Shown here piece by piece: positions 51,992 through 61,793 of a stretch of 64,000 nucleotides of DNA. How positions within the stretch are numbered: the stretch's first letter is position 1; each line of letters opens with the position of its first letter. A program made the translations under genes and the position numbers. This DNA is from a bacterium (GTDB lineage Bacteria > UBA8248): positions 3,104,001-3,168,000 of the forward strand of contig OY843592.1 of the NCBI GenBank assembly GCA_963692865.2, written 5' to 3'. The notes beneath the pieces are model-generated. The model saw only the letters and a list, made by a program, of their open reading frames with translations. It did no database searches and had not been told where the DNA came from.

Positions 51992-52882
51992 CTAGAGGCC
52001 GAAGCCGAAGAGAGCGTTCGCGTTGCCGAAGGCGGCTTTTTCAATCTCCGCCTCGGTGACCCCGCCCCTGCGCATGGCGCGGATCGCCCGGGGGATGCAG
52101 TAGAGGTCGTTCGACGTGTAGGGGATGAGGTCGGAGTTGAGCATCATGCGCCCCGCCCCGTGACGCCGCACACACTCCACGACGGCGGCGGGGGGAATCG
52201 GCCGAAGGCGGCTGCCGAGGCTCGTCGCGCACCATGCGCCCGTTTCTTCGTGAACGAAATCCACTATCGTCGCATCGGCGTGGTCGATTACGAGCAGTGA
52301 GTGGTCCAGACCTGCGGCGTCGATGACTTCCAGGTCCATCTTGAGGTAATGGAGCCTGAACGCTTCGGGCGAAACCGCGCCTTGCGTGTCCACGCCGCCC
52401 AGGAATTCCTTCGGGTTCTTGTAGGTGGGCGTGTGGAGAATCAGGGGCTTTTTCAGTTCCTTTGCGATGAGCGCCTGCGCTTCGAGGCACCTGGCCTGAT
52501 CTTCCAGATCCCAGGAAAAGCCGAAATACTGCCCCGGGTCCAGGCCCACCTCCCCCAGGGCGGCCACCCGATCATTCTCCAGATAGCCGGGGAGCGCGTC
52601 GATGAGCCGCTCCCAGCCGTCCACGCGCGTCATCGAGCTGACGCCCACGGCGCACATCGCGCGAATGTGGTGTTTGGCCTCGGCCGCTTCGGCCATTCTC
52701 AAGGGACTCTCCCAAAGCCTTCGCACGTCTTCGGGTCCGGGCGCGCGCTTCCATATCTCACGGTGCACGTGGGGGTTCCCGCAGGAGAGGACGGAACCCG
52801 CCATCCCGCACATGCCCTGGAGTTCCCAGTCGTCGAAGCTGAATCCATGCAGGTGGTTGTGGCAGTCGATGAACCTGTCCAT
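51992..52882 (-). CDS. TatD-family metallohydrolase
   Basis: IDCHNH, LGEVGLD, PLILHTP, VIDH, LNSD. Confidence 0.8.
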   Translation of the reverse strand: MDRFIDCHNHLHGFSFDDWELQGMCGMAGSVLSCGNPHVHREIWKRAPGPEDVRRLWESPLRMAEAAEAKHHIRAMCAVGVSSMTRVDGWERLIDALPGYLENDRVAALGEVGLDPGQYFGFSWDLEDQARCLEAQALIAKELKKPLILHTPTYKNPKEFLGGVDTQGAVSPEAFRLHYLKMDLEVIDAAGLDHSLLVIDHADATIVDFVHEETGAWCATSLGSRLRPIPPAAVVECVRRHGAGRMMLNSDLIPYTSNDLYCIPRAIRAMRRGGVTEAEIEKAAFGNANALFGFGL

Positions 52883-52883
52883 T

Positions 52884-53675
52884 CTAGGCCCCTGGTTTTC
52901 TCGCCAGAAAGGCGTAGCGGTTGAGACTGAAAAAATACTCACCGCGCTCGCCCAGCGCCGTCAAATCCTCCGCCCAGGCCTTTGCCTCTTCGCTCGCCAC
53001 GCCGCCCTTGCGGATGACGAAGGGCACGATGACGCTCACCATGCCGTGGCTGTAATTCTCCGCAGGATACTCCGTATTGAGAAGAGGCAAAACCCTTGAG
53101 TCTGTAATCTCGAAGCCGACGCCGCGCAGGAGCGGCGACAACCTCCTCGGTAGATGGGGGTCGGCCAGATGCGCGTCCCACGCCCTGAAAATCCGCTCCG
53201 CCCGCTCGGCGTCCTGCGCCCTCCACACGAGCGAACCCCAGTCGGTGTCCATGATGAGGGCGCGGCCGCCGGGCCGCAGCACGCGGAAAAGCTCCGCCAG
53301 GGCGGCCTCCATGTCGGTGACGTATTCATACACCTGGGAGACGATGGCCGCATCGAAACCACCGTCCTCAAATGGCAGGCTCAGCGCGTCGGCCTCGCGG
53401 AACGACACTTGCGGCTGCGAGGCGCAGCGATCCTTGGCGAGTTCAAGCATCGGCGCGCTCTTGTCCACGCCGAAAACGGCGCCTCCCTCCCCCACCATAA
53501 GACCTGCTTCCAACGCCATGAAGCCGGGACCGGAACCCAGATCGAGCACGCGCTCGCCCGGCCGGGGAGACACCATCTCCATTAAAATCTCTCTCTGCGC
53601 GGCCACGTCCGCCGTCGTGTAGACGGCCTCAACGCGCCGGGCCGCTTTTTCATCGAAACCGGGAGGCTGGCCCAT
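52884..53675 (-). CDS. SAM-dependent methyltransferase (UbiE-like)
   Basis: VLDLGSGPG, ADALSLPF, RVLRPGG. Confidence 0.88.
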   Translation of the reverse strand: MGQPPGFDEKAARRVEAVYTTADVAAQREILMEMVSPRPGERVLDLGSGPGFMALEAGLMVGEGGAVFGVDKSAPMLELAKDRCASQPQVSFREADALSLPFEDGGFDAAIVSQVYEYVTDMEAALAELFRVLRPGGRALIMDTDWGSLVWRAQDAERAERIFRAWDAHLADPHLPRRLSPLLRGVGFEITDSRVLPLLNTEYPAENYSHGMVSVIVPFVIRKGGVASEEAKAWAEDLTALGERGEYFFSLNRYAFLARKPGA

Positions 53676-53780
53676 GCGTCGTTCTCTCCTCCTCGCATTG
53701 CCTTTTCCGTTGAAACCGATTCAATTCAGTTTGTTCTTAGCATAAAAGCGGACGGGATGTCCGGTGCAGGGGACGCATGT

Positions 53781-54365
53781 GGGGTTTTTGAAAAAGTCAT
53801 CCTCGGTCGAAATTCGCCTCTCCCGCATCCCGAATAGGCCCTGTAAACCACGCCGCAACTCCACCCTCATCCTGAGCAGGCGCGCAAGCGCCGTATCGAA
53901 GGATGGGAGGCGCTTCTCCCTCCGAAGCAAGAACTTCGCCCTTCGATACGCCGCCTTCGGCGGCTACTCAGGGTGAGGAAGGTGGGGGGAACGGGGGAGC
54001 TTACCCCGAGCGAAGTCGAGGGAGCCTGTCCGGCTACGCAAAACGCGATGGGGTTGTAGGGGCGGACCTGTGTGTCCGCCCGCTCGCGAAACAGGCTTTT
54101 TCAACAGCTCCTCTTCGGTCGAGTTTGCCCCCCACGCATCGGCTTCCGCCCGTAGGGACAGGCCCCGTGCCTATCCGACATCCACGCCGGCCTGTCGACC
54201 TTGTAGGGGCCGTTCGCGAACGGCCCCTGCGGTCTATTCGGGGTGCAGGGGAAAACCTGCGTGTTCTCTCACGCGGAGGAGGCCGACGTGAAATCGGGCG
54301 GCCACGGGGGCAGCCCCTACGATGGAATCCCGATCGACCCGCAAGGGTTTTTTTTCAACAACCCC
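53781..54365. repeat. Large repeat island: TIRs, CCTCATCCTGAG/CTACTCAGGGTGAGG pair, about five GTAG-type REP units
   Basis: TIRs near 53781, 54094, 54345; REP units near 54056, 54152, 54203, 54244, 54296. Confidence 0.78.
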
Positions 54366-54556
54366 ATGTATGCGTTCCTCTGTTTTCGTACGCGGCGTTC
54401 GGACGGAAAATCCCCCGTCGGCGAGACCTCACGACCCAGGAGAGCGCCCTCGTCTTTTCGCGCGCATAAACCACCCGCCATTGACGCGCGTTTTCCCCAG
54501 AACCTATAAGCCTAAGCAAAGGTGTATCCCGCGTTCCCGTCATCTATGGAATCTCC

Positions 54557-55753
54557 ATGGCCCCATCGAAGATATTCAACCTTTTCGCGATTGCGGGCAG
54601 CCACGCCGTCAACGCCTTCTACACCCAGCTTCTCATCCCCGTGCTCCCGCTCATCGTCGCGGAATTCGAACTCAACTACGTCCAAGCCGGCCTCATCGTC
54701 ACGACCTATTCGGTGGCGAACAGCGTATTCCAGTTCCCTCTCTCCTTCATATCGGATTACACGCGGCGCTGGCGGACGGTTCTCGCCCTCTCCCTGCTCA
54801 CCCAGGCGCTGCCCGTTCTGCTCTACGGCTACGCGGCGAACTACTCCCTTCTGCTGCTGTTCGTCTTCATCGGCGGCATCGGAAGCGCGGCCTATCATCC
54901 GCCTGCCGTGGCGCTCATCACGCGCGAACTGCCCGAACGGCGCGGGTTCTGCACGGGCCTGTTCAACGGCGGCGGCGAAATGGGGAACATCATCTCGCCC
55001 GCCATCGTGGGTTGGCTCGCCGTCTATCTGGCGAGTTGGCGACTTGCGGCGCAGTTCTACGTCATACCCGGCGTCATATGGGCCGCGCTCATCTGGTTCC
55101 GCTTTCAGGATCAACTGGGAGAGCGCCTCCCCTTGCGCCAGGCGGCGAGGTCCACTTTCGGCGCGTTGTTCCACAACAAGTCTTTGATGCTGCTGATCGC
55201 CCTCTCCTCTTTCAGGATCATGGGCTTTCGCGGTTTCATGGCCTTTTTGCCGCTCCTTCTGGCGGAGCAATTCGGTTTCGACACCAAAGGGGTGGGCTGG
55301 CTGCTCAGCATCTATTTTCTCATCGGTTCGACCACGTCCATCATCATCGGCAGGTGGTCGGACTACGCGGGCAGGACCAAGCTCATCGTCGTGCTCACCT
55401 TCATGTGCGCCGCCGCCATGGCTTCTCTTACCTGGGTCGCCAGCGTGACGACGCTCTTGCTCGCGCTTTTCGCCGTCGCCTGCATCCTCACGCCGGTGCC
55501 GAGCCTCGTCCTGGCAATCGGTACGGAACTCGTGGACGAGCGGGTGCGCTCGAGTTCGGTGGGAATGATCTACGGCTTCAACGAGGCCGCAAGCGCGCTT
55601 TCGCCGCTCGTCGGCGGCCTCGTGGCTGAAGCGATGGGGCTTCAAGCGGCGTTCAGCTTCTACGCCTCGATGTTCTTGATCGGCGGCTGCATCGCCGTCT
55701 TCCTGCACAGGGAAAGCGCCCTTCAGCCCCAGGCGCAGGGGAGCAAGACATGA
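54557..55753 (+). CDS. MFS transporter (Fsr-like)
   Basis: About 12 hydrophobic segments; AYHPP; GRWSDYAGR loop motif. Confidence 0.9.
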   Translation: MAPSKIFNLFAIAGSHAVNAFYTQLLIPVLPLIVAEFELNYVQAGLIVTTYSVANSVFQFPLSFISDYTRRWRTVLALSLLTQALPVLLYGYAANYSLLLLFVFIGGIGSAAYHPPAVALITRELPERRGFCTGLFNGGGEMGNIISPAIVGWLAVYLASWRLAAQFYVIPGVIWAALIWFRFQDQLGERLPLRQAARSTFGALFHNKSLMLLIALSSFRIMGFRGFMAFLPLLLAEQFGFDTKGVGWLLSIYFLIGSTTSIIIGRWSDYAGRTKLIVVLTFMCAAAMASLTWVASVTTLLLALFAVACILTPVPSLVLAIGTELVDERVRSSSVGMIYGFNEAASALSPLVGGLVAEAMGLQAAFSFYASMFLIGGCIAVFLHRESALQPQAQGSKT

Positions 55754-56952
55754 GCCGGGCGGAAGAAATCGAAACGGGGGTGGCTGCACAAGATCCGGCG
55801 CAGGATATCCCCTGGGGGGCGCTCGCCATCCTGTTCACCGCCCACTTCGTGGTGGACGGCACGGTGAATTTCATCGCGCCGCTCCTGCCCCTGATTCGCG
55901 AGCAATTCCAGGTTTCCCTCTCAACGGGCGGCCTGCTCCTCACCTTCGTCTCGATGAGCGCGGCGATCTCCCAACCCGTGACGGCGATTCTGGTGGATCG
56001 CTGGCCGGGCCTCCCCTGGCTCGCCGCGGGGATGGTGGGCAGCGCGCTCTTCATCACCTCCATCGGCTGGGCGCCCAACTTCACGACGCTCACGATCATG
56101 GTCGCGGTCGGCGGCGCGATGGTCGGCTTGTGCCATCCGGACATGGCGTCGCGCGCGGGCGCGCTCTCCGAACGACGCAAGGGGCTGGTGGTGAGCGTCT
56201 TCATCGCCGGAGGACGCGTGGGCCACGGCCTGGGGCCCGTCATCGCCATCGGCATCGTCTCGCTCGGGGGCATGAAATGGCTGTGGGCGTTCACTCTCGT
56301 CGCCGTCGCTATGGCCCTGGCTGTCAAATATGGTCTCCCTGAACCCGAATCGCCCCCCACGAGCGGCGAGAATAAGGCTTCCATCTGGGATTTCGTAACA
56401 GCGCTGCGCCAAGCGGGCGCGCCGCTGCTTCTGCTCTCGGGCGTCACGATTTGCCGCGCCGTCGTGAACATCAACTTCATCAGCCTGATTCCCTCGCTAT
56501 ACGCCGAACACGGCATGGGCATCTGGAGCGGTGGGGCGGCCAGCGCCATCATGCTGACCTCGGGCGCAGTGGGCGTCCTGGCGGGCGGGGCCTTGGGAGA
56601 TCGCTTCGGGAAAAAGGAGCTTATCGTCGGCGGCATCGGACTGGGCGCCCTGTGCGTATGCGCTTTTCTGGTAGCGCCGCCCGAGTGGGGCTTCGTATTG
56701 CTGGCCTTCCTGGGCGTCGCCACCTACCTGCCGATGGGGGTGACGATGGCCTTCGCCCAGCAGTTGATGCCCCACAACCGGGGGCTGGCAAGCTCCATCA
56801 CGCTCGGCCTCTCGTGGTTCATCGCGAGCTTTTCGGTCTATCCGATGTCGGTTCTCGGCGAGTGGTTCGGCCTGGCGAACGCCTTCTGGGCGCTGCCGGG
56901 ATTTTTCGTCGCCGCGTGCGCCTTCGCGTGCTTCCTGCCGAAAGTCCGTTGA
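55750..56952 (+). CDS. MFS transporter (Fsr-like)
   Basis: AHFVVDG, LCHPD, GGALGDRFGKK; ATGA overlap with previous gene. Confidence 0.9.
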   Translation: MSRAEEIETGVAAQDPAQDIPWGALAILFTAHFVVDGTVNFIAPLLPLIREQFQVSLSTGGLLLTFVSMSAAISQPVTAILVDRWPGLPWLAAGMVGSALFITSIGWAPNFTTLTIMVAVGGAMVGLCHPDMASRAGALSERRKGLVVSVFIAGGRVGHGLGPVIAIGIVSLGGMKWLWAFTLVAVAMALAVKYGLPEPESPPTSGENKASIWDFVTALRQAGAPLLLLSGVTICRAVVNINFISLIPSLYAEHGMGIWSGGAASAIMLTSGAVGVLAGGALGDRFGKKELIVGGIGLGALCVCAFLVAPPEWGFVLLAFLGVATYLPMGVTMAFAQQLMPHNRGLASSITLGLSWFIASFSVYPMSVLGEWFGLANAFWALPGFFVAACAFACFLPKVR

Positions 56953-56965
56953 TTCGCGCCAGCAC

Positions 56966-56999
56966 AAAAAAAGACGGCCCCGAAGAGCCGCCCTTTTTT
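56966..56999 (-). terminator. Rho-independent terminator (possibly bidirectional)
   Basis: GGGCGGCTC-TTCG-GGGCCGTCT + T run on minus strand; T-rich on plus side too. Confidence 0.75.
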
Positions 57000-57012
57000 C
57001 TTTTCGTTTCGC

Positions 57013-57651
57013 TCACGCAGTAACGGCCTGCTCGGCGAGCAATTCATCGAGCACCCGGTCGACCCTGGGCTGCTCCGTCCAACTCGCCTTGTAGGCGATG
57101 TTCCCCTCCTTGTCGATGACGAAGACCATGTTCGGCATGCGCCCGTAGGCGTTCACCACCGCCTCGTCGATGTCGTCCACCAGTACGGGTATCTTCATGC
57201 CGAATTCCGCCACCAGTTCCTTCGCATAGCCCATCTTGTGCTCGAAAGAGGTGTGCTGGGTATACTTTTTGAAGTACTTGCGCTCCTGCGCGTGGGGTTC
57301 CTTGGAGTAGACGACGAAGAACTCAACGTCCTTCTCCTTGTAGCGCTCATACAACTCGTCCATGCCCGGCACCTGCCGGCGGAAGGGGGGTCACGTGATG
57401 GCGCCGAACTCGAGAACCACGTTCTTCTTCCCGCGAAAATCGGCCAAGTCCACGGTTTCGCCCGAAGTGCTCTGGAGCTTCACCGGAGGGGCGGGCCGGC
57501 CGGGCCTTAACTGTTCCTCGAAAGCCTTGTGGCGGACTTTTCTGAACCCGCTGAGCTCACGCTTGATCATCAGAAACGGGTCCAGATACCACATGCTCCA
57601 CAAGCCCCCCAGGGGGCCGGGCGGCCTGTCGATATAATCTTCTTTCTGCAT
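57013..57651 (-). CDS. Iodothyronine-deiodinase-like selenoprotein (Prx-like fold), 212 aa, Sec87 at UGA 57391-57393
   Basis: Two same-frame ORFs joined: VVLEFGAIT-U-PPFRRQVPGMDEL..FFVVYSKEPH..QHTSFEHK..VLVDD..AYG; AGGAG RBS. Confidence 0.88.
57366..57379 (-). promoter_or_regulatory. Putative SECIS hairpin
   Basis: UGA + 11 nt + CCGGC-AGGU-GCCGG. Confidence 0.7.
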
Positions 57652-57768
57652 CTATCAATCTCCTATAATGATGAATGGCGAATATGGAAAACTAGTTCAT
57701 TTTCTAAGTTTTGTCGATTCTGGGTAGGAGAAACCGTCTCTCTCGCACGGGAGCATCGCGAGTCAGGC

Positions 57769-58536
57769 TTAAGCCTCGCGCCTTTCAAACGCGCTCCAGT
57801 AGACGTCCATCACTCGCTTGAAGCCTACGCTTTCGAACACGCGCTCGGACGCCTCGTTTCCCTCCACGATGTAGCAATACGCCTCGCGTCCCCTGGCGAA
57901 TTGCGCCTCGACCAGGGCGGACACGACCACGCGCGCGAGCCCCTGGCCCCGGAAGCGATCCGTCGTGTGCAGCATGCCGATGGAGCCGTTCGCATGAACC
58001 ACCATGTAGGAGGCGAGGTCTCCGCCGACCCGTATCGCCGCGGTGGGCGCGTTTCGGATTCTCGCCAGGGCGTATTCCTCCCCCTGGTCGTAGGGTGAAT
58101 TCTCGGCCAGCGTCTTCGCATCCTCGGTAGTCAGGCTTTCAATCCGGTGCGTGCTGAAGACGGGCCTGAAATCTTTTTTCTCGAGAATGAACATGCCCAC
58201 GGGGGATGCGCGGATGAGTTTTCTTCGCCTTTCGAGCGCCTTTTGCGCCTCTTGCGAGACGGAGGAGAACTTGAGATAGCCCTCACTCTCCTCCATCTGC
58301 GCGGAGAGCCGCTCCATCCCTTCCAGTTTTGCGAGTATCGCCTCGGGCCGCCCCAGCGGCGCGAGCCAGCCGCGCCCGGTGTTCACAACCATCCGGGGCG
58401 CAGTGAGATTATCGACCCAGAGAGGGACGTCCCCTCCTCCCTCCGCGATGGTTTCCGTAAAGCGCACCTTGAGCGGCCCCTGCGCGCGCAGGAATTTCTG
58501 GAAAGATTCGCTTTGCGGGTTCTCCAACCGAAACAA
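57769..58536 (-). CDS. GNAT family N-acetyltransferase (FR47-like C-terminus)
   Basis: IGMLHTTDRFRGQGLA..NEASERVFESVGF; start uncertain. Confidence 0.8.
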   Translation of the reverse strand: MFRLENPQSESFQKFLRAQGPLKVRFTETIAEGGGDVPLWVDNLTAPRMVVNTGRGWLAPLGRPEAILAKLEGMERLSAQMEESEGYLKFSSVSQEAQKALERRRKLIRASPVGMFILEKKDFRPVFSTHRIESLTTEDAKTLAENSPYDQGEEYALARIRNAPTAAIRVGGDLASYMVVHANGSIGMLHTTDRFRGQGLARVVVSALVEAQFARGREAYCYIVEGNEASERVFESVGFKRVMDVYWSAFERREA

Positions 58537-58648
58537 TTTCCGCTACACTCCCATGCCGATAACGAATACCGCCTCTCTGGAGGTGTGATTATACCCACTG
58601 ACCCCCACGAATGAAGAGGCGGCGCGCAAAAATCAAACCACGACAGGA

Positions 58649-59728
58649 GTGAAAATGAAGGAATACCGGATCATCACCATCCCGGGAGACGGAATCGGCC
58701 CCGAACTCATGGAATCCACAATCGCCGTGCTCGAAGCCGTTCAGGAGGTGGGCGGGGCCTTGAAACTCAACTTAGAAGAACACGAAGCGGGAGCGGGCCG
58801 CTACGCCAAGTACGGAAAACGCATCAGCGATGAAACCCTGCAAGCCTGCCACGAGGCGGACGGCATCCTCAAGTCGCCCGTGGGCGACCCGGCCGTGCGC
58901 ACGCCGGAGGGCACGGAGGGCGGGCTTCTGGGCGGCGTGCTCAGAACGAGCCTCGACGTCTTCGCCAACATGCGGCCGGTCAGGCTCTATCCCGGCATCC
59001 GGAGTCCGCTGGCGGGTTATGCGCCCGGCGGCATCGACTACGTCGTAATTCGCGAGAACACCGAGGGCCTCTACGCCTCGCGCGACAAGGGGGTCGGCGG
59101 CCCCGAAGCCGTGGCCGACACCCTGATCATCACCCGAAAAGGGACGGAGCGCGTGGCGAGGTTCGCCTTCGAACTCGCGCGCAAAAGAAACGGCGCGCCC
59201 GAGGACGGCGTGCGGCGCGTCACTTGCGTGGACAAGGGCAACGTCCTGCGATCCCTGGCGTTTTTCCGCGAGATATTCTACGAAGTCGCCGCCGATTATC
59301 CCGACATCGAGGCGGAAGCCCTGTACTCGGACGCCTGCGCCTACAATCTGGTGATTCGCCCGGAGCACTACGACGTGCTGGTGATGGAGAACATGCTGGG
59401 AGATATGCTGAGCGATTTGGGCGGCGCCACGGCGGGCGGCCTCGGCATGTGTCCCTCGGGGAACATCGGGGAGAAGTTCGCCTTTTTCGAGGCGGTCCAC
59501 GGCTCGGCCCCCGACATCGCCGGAAAGGGTATCGCCAACCCGCTGAGCCTCATCCTCTCCGCCGCGCTCATGTTCGCCCACATCGGGGAGAACGAGGCCG
59601 CAAACCTGATAGAAACCAGCGTTTGGGAAGCGCTCGAGGCCGGGGAAATTCACCTGGACGACAAGGGACGCTCGGTTGACGGCAGCCGGGCCATCACAGA
59701 GGCGGTTTGCGCCCGCGTGCGGGGATGA
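58649..59728 (+). CDS. Isocitrate/isopropylmalate dehydrogenase family decarboxylating dehydrogenase
   Basis: IPGDGIGPE, IRENTEG, ENMLGDMLSD, EAVHGSAPDIAGKGIANP. Confidence 0.92.
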   Translation: MKMKEYRIITIPGDGIGPELMESTIAVLEAVQEVGGALKLNLEEHEAGAGRYAKYGKRISDETLQACHEADGILKSPVGDPAVRTPEGTEGGLLGGVLRTSLDVFANMRPVRLYPGIRSPLAGYAPGGIDYVVIRENTEGLYASRDKGVGGPEAVADTLIITRKGTERVARFAFELARKRNGAPEDGVRRVTCVDKGNVLRSLAFFREIFYEVAADYPDIEAEALYSDACAYNLVIRPEHYDVLVMENMLGDMLSDLGGATAGGLGMCPSGNIGEKFAFFEAVHGSAPDIAGKGIANPLSLILSAALMFAHIGENEAANLIETSVWEALEAGEIHLDDKGRSVDGSRAITEAVCARVRG

Positions 59729-59729
59729 T

Positions 59730-60449
59730 TCAGGAAAATCGCTCGCGCAGGAGCGTCCACACGGCGATGAAGCCGTCCCGCCACGTTATCTTCTTGCCCT
59801 CCGCGTAGGTGCGGCCGTAGTAGGATATCGGCACCTCGTAGATGCGCCATTTGCCGGGTTTCAGGATTTTCGCGGTGAACTCCGGCTCGAAATCGAACCC
59901 CCTGGCGCGGATTTTCATGTCCTTCACCACCTCGCGGCGGAACATCTTGTAGCAGGTTTCCATGTCGGTGAGCGTGCAGTTGAACAGCAGGTTCGCCAGG
60001 GTGGTCAGCATCCAATTTCCCACCTTGTGCCAGAACATGTGCACGCGCTGGGGCTTTCCGCCGAAGCGCGTGCCGTAGACAACGTCGGCGGCCCCCCGGC
60101 GAATGGGGTCGTAGAGTTCGGCGTATTCGGCGGGGTCGTATTCCAGGTCCGCATCCTGCACGACGATCACGTCTCCGTTCGCCGATGCGAAGCCGTCGCA
60201 CAGGGCGGCTCCTTTCCCCTCGTTTTTCTCACGGTAGATGACGCGCGCTCCGTTTTGTTCGATCTCGGCCAGGATGTCGCGGGTGCCGTCCGTGCTGCCG
60301 TCGTCCACAATGATGATCTCGATGTTCATCGACAACGCCTGGACTCTGGCGACGATTTCGCGAATCGTGTCCCGTTCGTTGTAGCAAGGCATGACCACGC
60401 TCAATAAATCCGGCATCCGGCCGTCATCGTTCACCGCAGTTCTCTCCAT
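59730..60449 (-). CDS. GT2 glycosyltransferase (DPM1-like)
   Basis: VVMPCYNE, VDDGSTDGT, QDADLEYDP, TDMETCYK. Confidence 0.92.
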   Translation of the reverse strand: MERTAVNDDGRMPDLLSVVMPCYNERDTIREIVARVQALSMNIEIIIVDDGSTDGTRDILAEIEQNGARVIYREKNEGKGAALCDGFASANGDVIVVQDADLEYDPAEYAELYDPIRRGAADVVYGTRFGGKPQRVHMFWHKVGNWMLTTLANLLFNCTLTDMETCYKMFRREVVKDMKIRARGFDFEPEFTAKILKPGKWRIYEVPISYYGRTYAEGKKITWRDGFIAVWTLLRERFS

Positions 60450-60630
60450 CCGAGTGTCGGGCGCCTCATTCGCTAAAGAGGGCGTCGCGCCGAAGCCTAC
60501 ATGCTCCCCCCTGCATGGTCAATTTATTTCAAGGGCCGAGGCTCTCCGGCTTGGCAAGCGCCGCCCCCACGTGAGAGTATTGCCGCGCTCGAGATTTCAT
60601 CGAAAACGACAACAGCTTCGGGATTGTGAA

Positions 60631-61758
60631 ATGCCATCGCCTCTGCTCGATAGAATGAGGACGCTGTGCTCCCTGCCCGGCCCGCCCGGTCATGAGGGCG
60701 CCGTGCGCGACGCCATCGTGGATATGCTGAAAGACAGCGCAAGCGAGTTGCGGCGCGACCCCATCGGGAACCTCATCGCCCGCCACGAAGCCAACGAGGC
60801 GGCCCCGCACATTCTCCTGGAATGCCACATGGACGAGGTCGGCCTCATCGTGACGAAAGTGGAGGCGGGCGGCGCGATTCGCTTCGAGAAAGTGGGACTC
60901 GTGGCGGATTCGATTTTCCCGGGGCGCGAGGTCGCACTCCTGACGCTGGACGGGAATCTCCACCGGGGCGTCGTGAACGTGCGCAGTGGGCATCTGCAAT
61001 CCTTACAGGGCCAGGAACACCCCGGCGTCGATGAGATGTGGATAGATTTGGGCGCTTTGGACGATGCGCCGATTCGCGCGCTCGGCATCGAGGCGGGCAC
61101 GCCGGGCGTATTCCACAGCCCCTTCACGCAGCTTCCCGGCGGAGCATGGAAGTCGAAAGCCGTGGACAACCGCTCGGGCTGCGCCCTGTGCGTGGAGGCG
61201 TTCATCAACACGGCCAACTCGCTCTCGGACAGACTCCGCCTGAGCGCCGCCTTCTGCGCGCAGGAGGAAATCGGCGGGCGCGGCGCTTCGGTGCTTTCCG
61301 TGGATGAAGGGGGGAGCGACACGCCCTCTCTCGCCATCGTGCTCGACAACGTGCCCTCGGACGGCCCGGGCCGTTCCGACGCGCGGGGGGCGAAGATCGG
61401 CGCGGGGCCGGTATTGCGCAGGTACGACCACCAGCCCATGAGCCTCTACGGCTACATCACCCCGCCCGAACTGATCCGGTGGGTGAAGGACGTGGCGAGC
61501 GACGCACATGTGCCCCTGCAGGAAGACGTGTTCGTGGGCACGTTTCTCGATTCCGCCACCTTGAGCAAATCCGGGGCGGGCGGACTGCCCGTCGCGCCGA
61601 TCAACATGCCCAGGCGCTATTCCCACTCTCCGGTGGAGACGTTCATGGAATCGGATCTGGAAGCCACCGCAGCGCTCATCGGCGCTCTCTTGCGCTCCGC
61701 CGCCGAGGGGGGAGCGCCCGACTTGAGGCGGGACTATCTATCGCCGGCAGGCGCGTGA
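60631..61758 (+). CDS. M42 family metallo-aminopeptidase
   Basis: CHMDEVG, KAVDNR, QEEIG, RYSHSP. Confidence 0.88.
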   Translation: MPSPLLDRMRTLCSLPGPPGHEGAVRDAIVDMLKDSASELRRDPIGNLIARHEANEAAPHILLECHMDEVGLIVTKVEAGGAIRFEKVGLVADSIFPGREVALLTLDGNLHRGVVNVRSGHLQSLQGQEHPGVDEMWIDLGALDDAPIRALGIEAGTPGVFHSPFTQLPGGAWKSKAVDNRSGCALCVEAFINTANSLSDRLRLSAAFCAQEEIGGRGASVLSVDEGGSDTPSLAIVLDNVPSDGPGRSDARGAKIGAGPVLRRYDHQPMSLYGYITPPELIRWVKDVASDAHVPLQEDVFVGTFLDSATLSKSGAGGLPVAPINMPRRYSHSPVETFMESDLEATAALIGALLRSAAEGGAPDLRRDYLSPAGA

Positions 61759-61793
61759 AACCCGCAAAACCCTAACCTGGAGAAACGAAGCCC

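Noticed and set aside
9676-54365. Repeat clusters as CRISPR arrays
   Set aside because: No regularly spaced identical direct repeats with unique spacers and no cas genes. Units are palindromic and heterogeneous.
58649-59728. Calling this gene leuB
   Set aside because: The family is certain, but it is unlinked to leuA/leuCD and could be a tartrate, homoisocitrate or other dehydrogenase.
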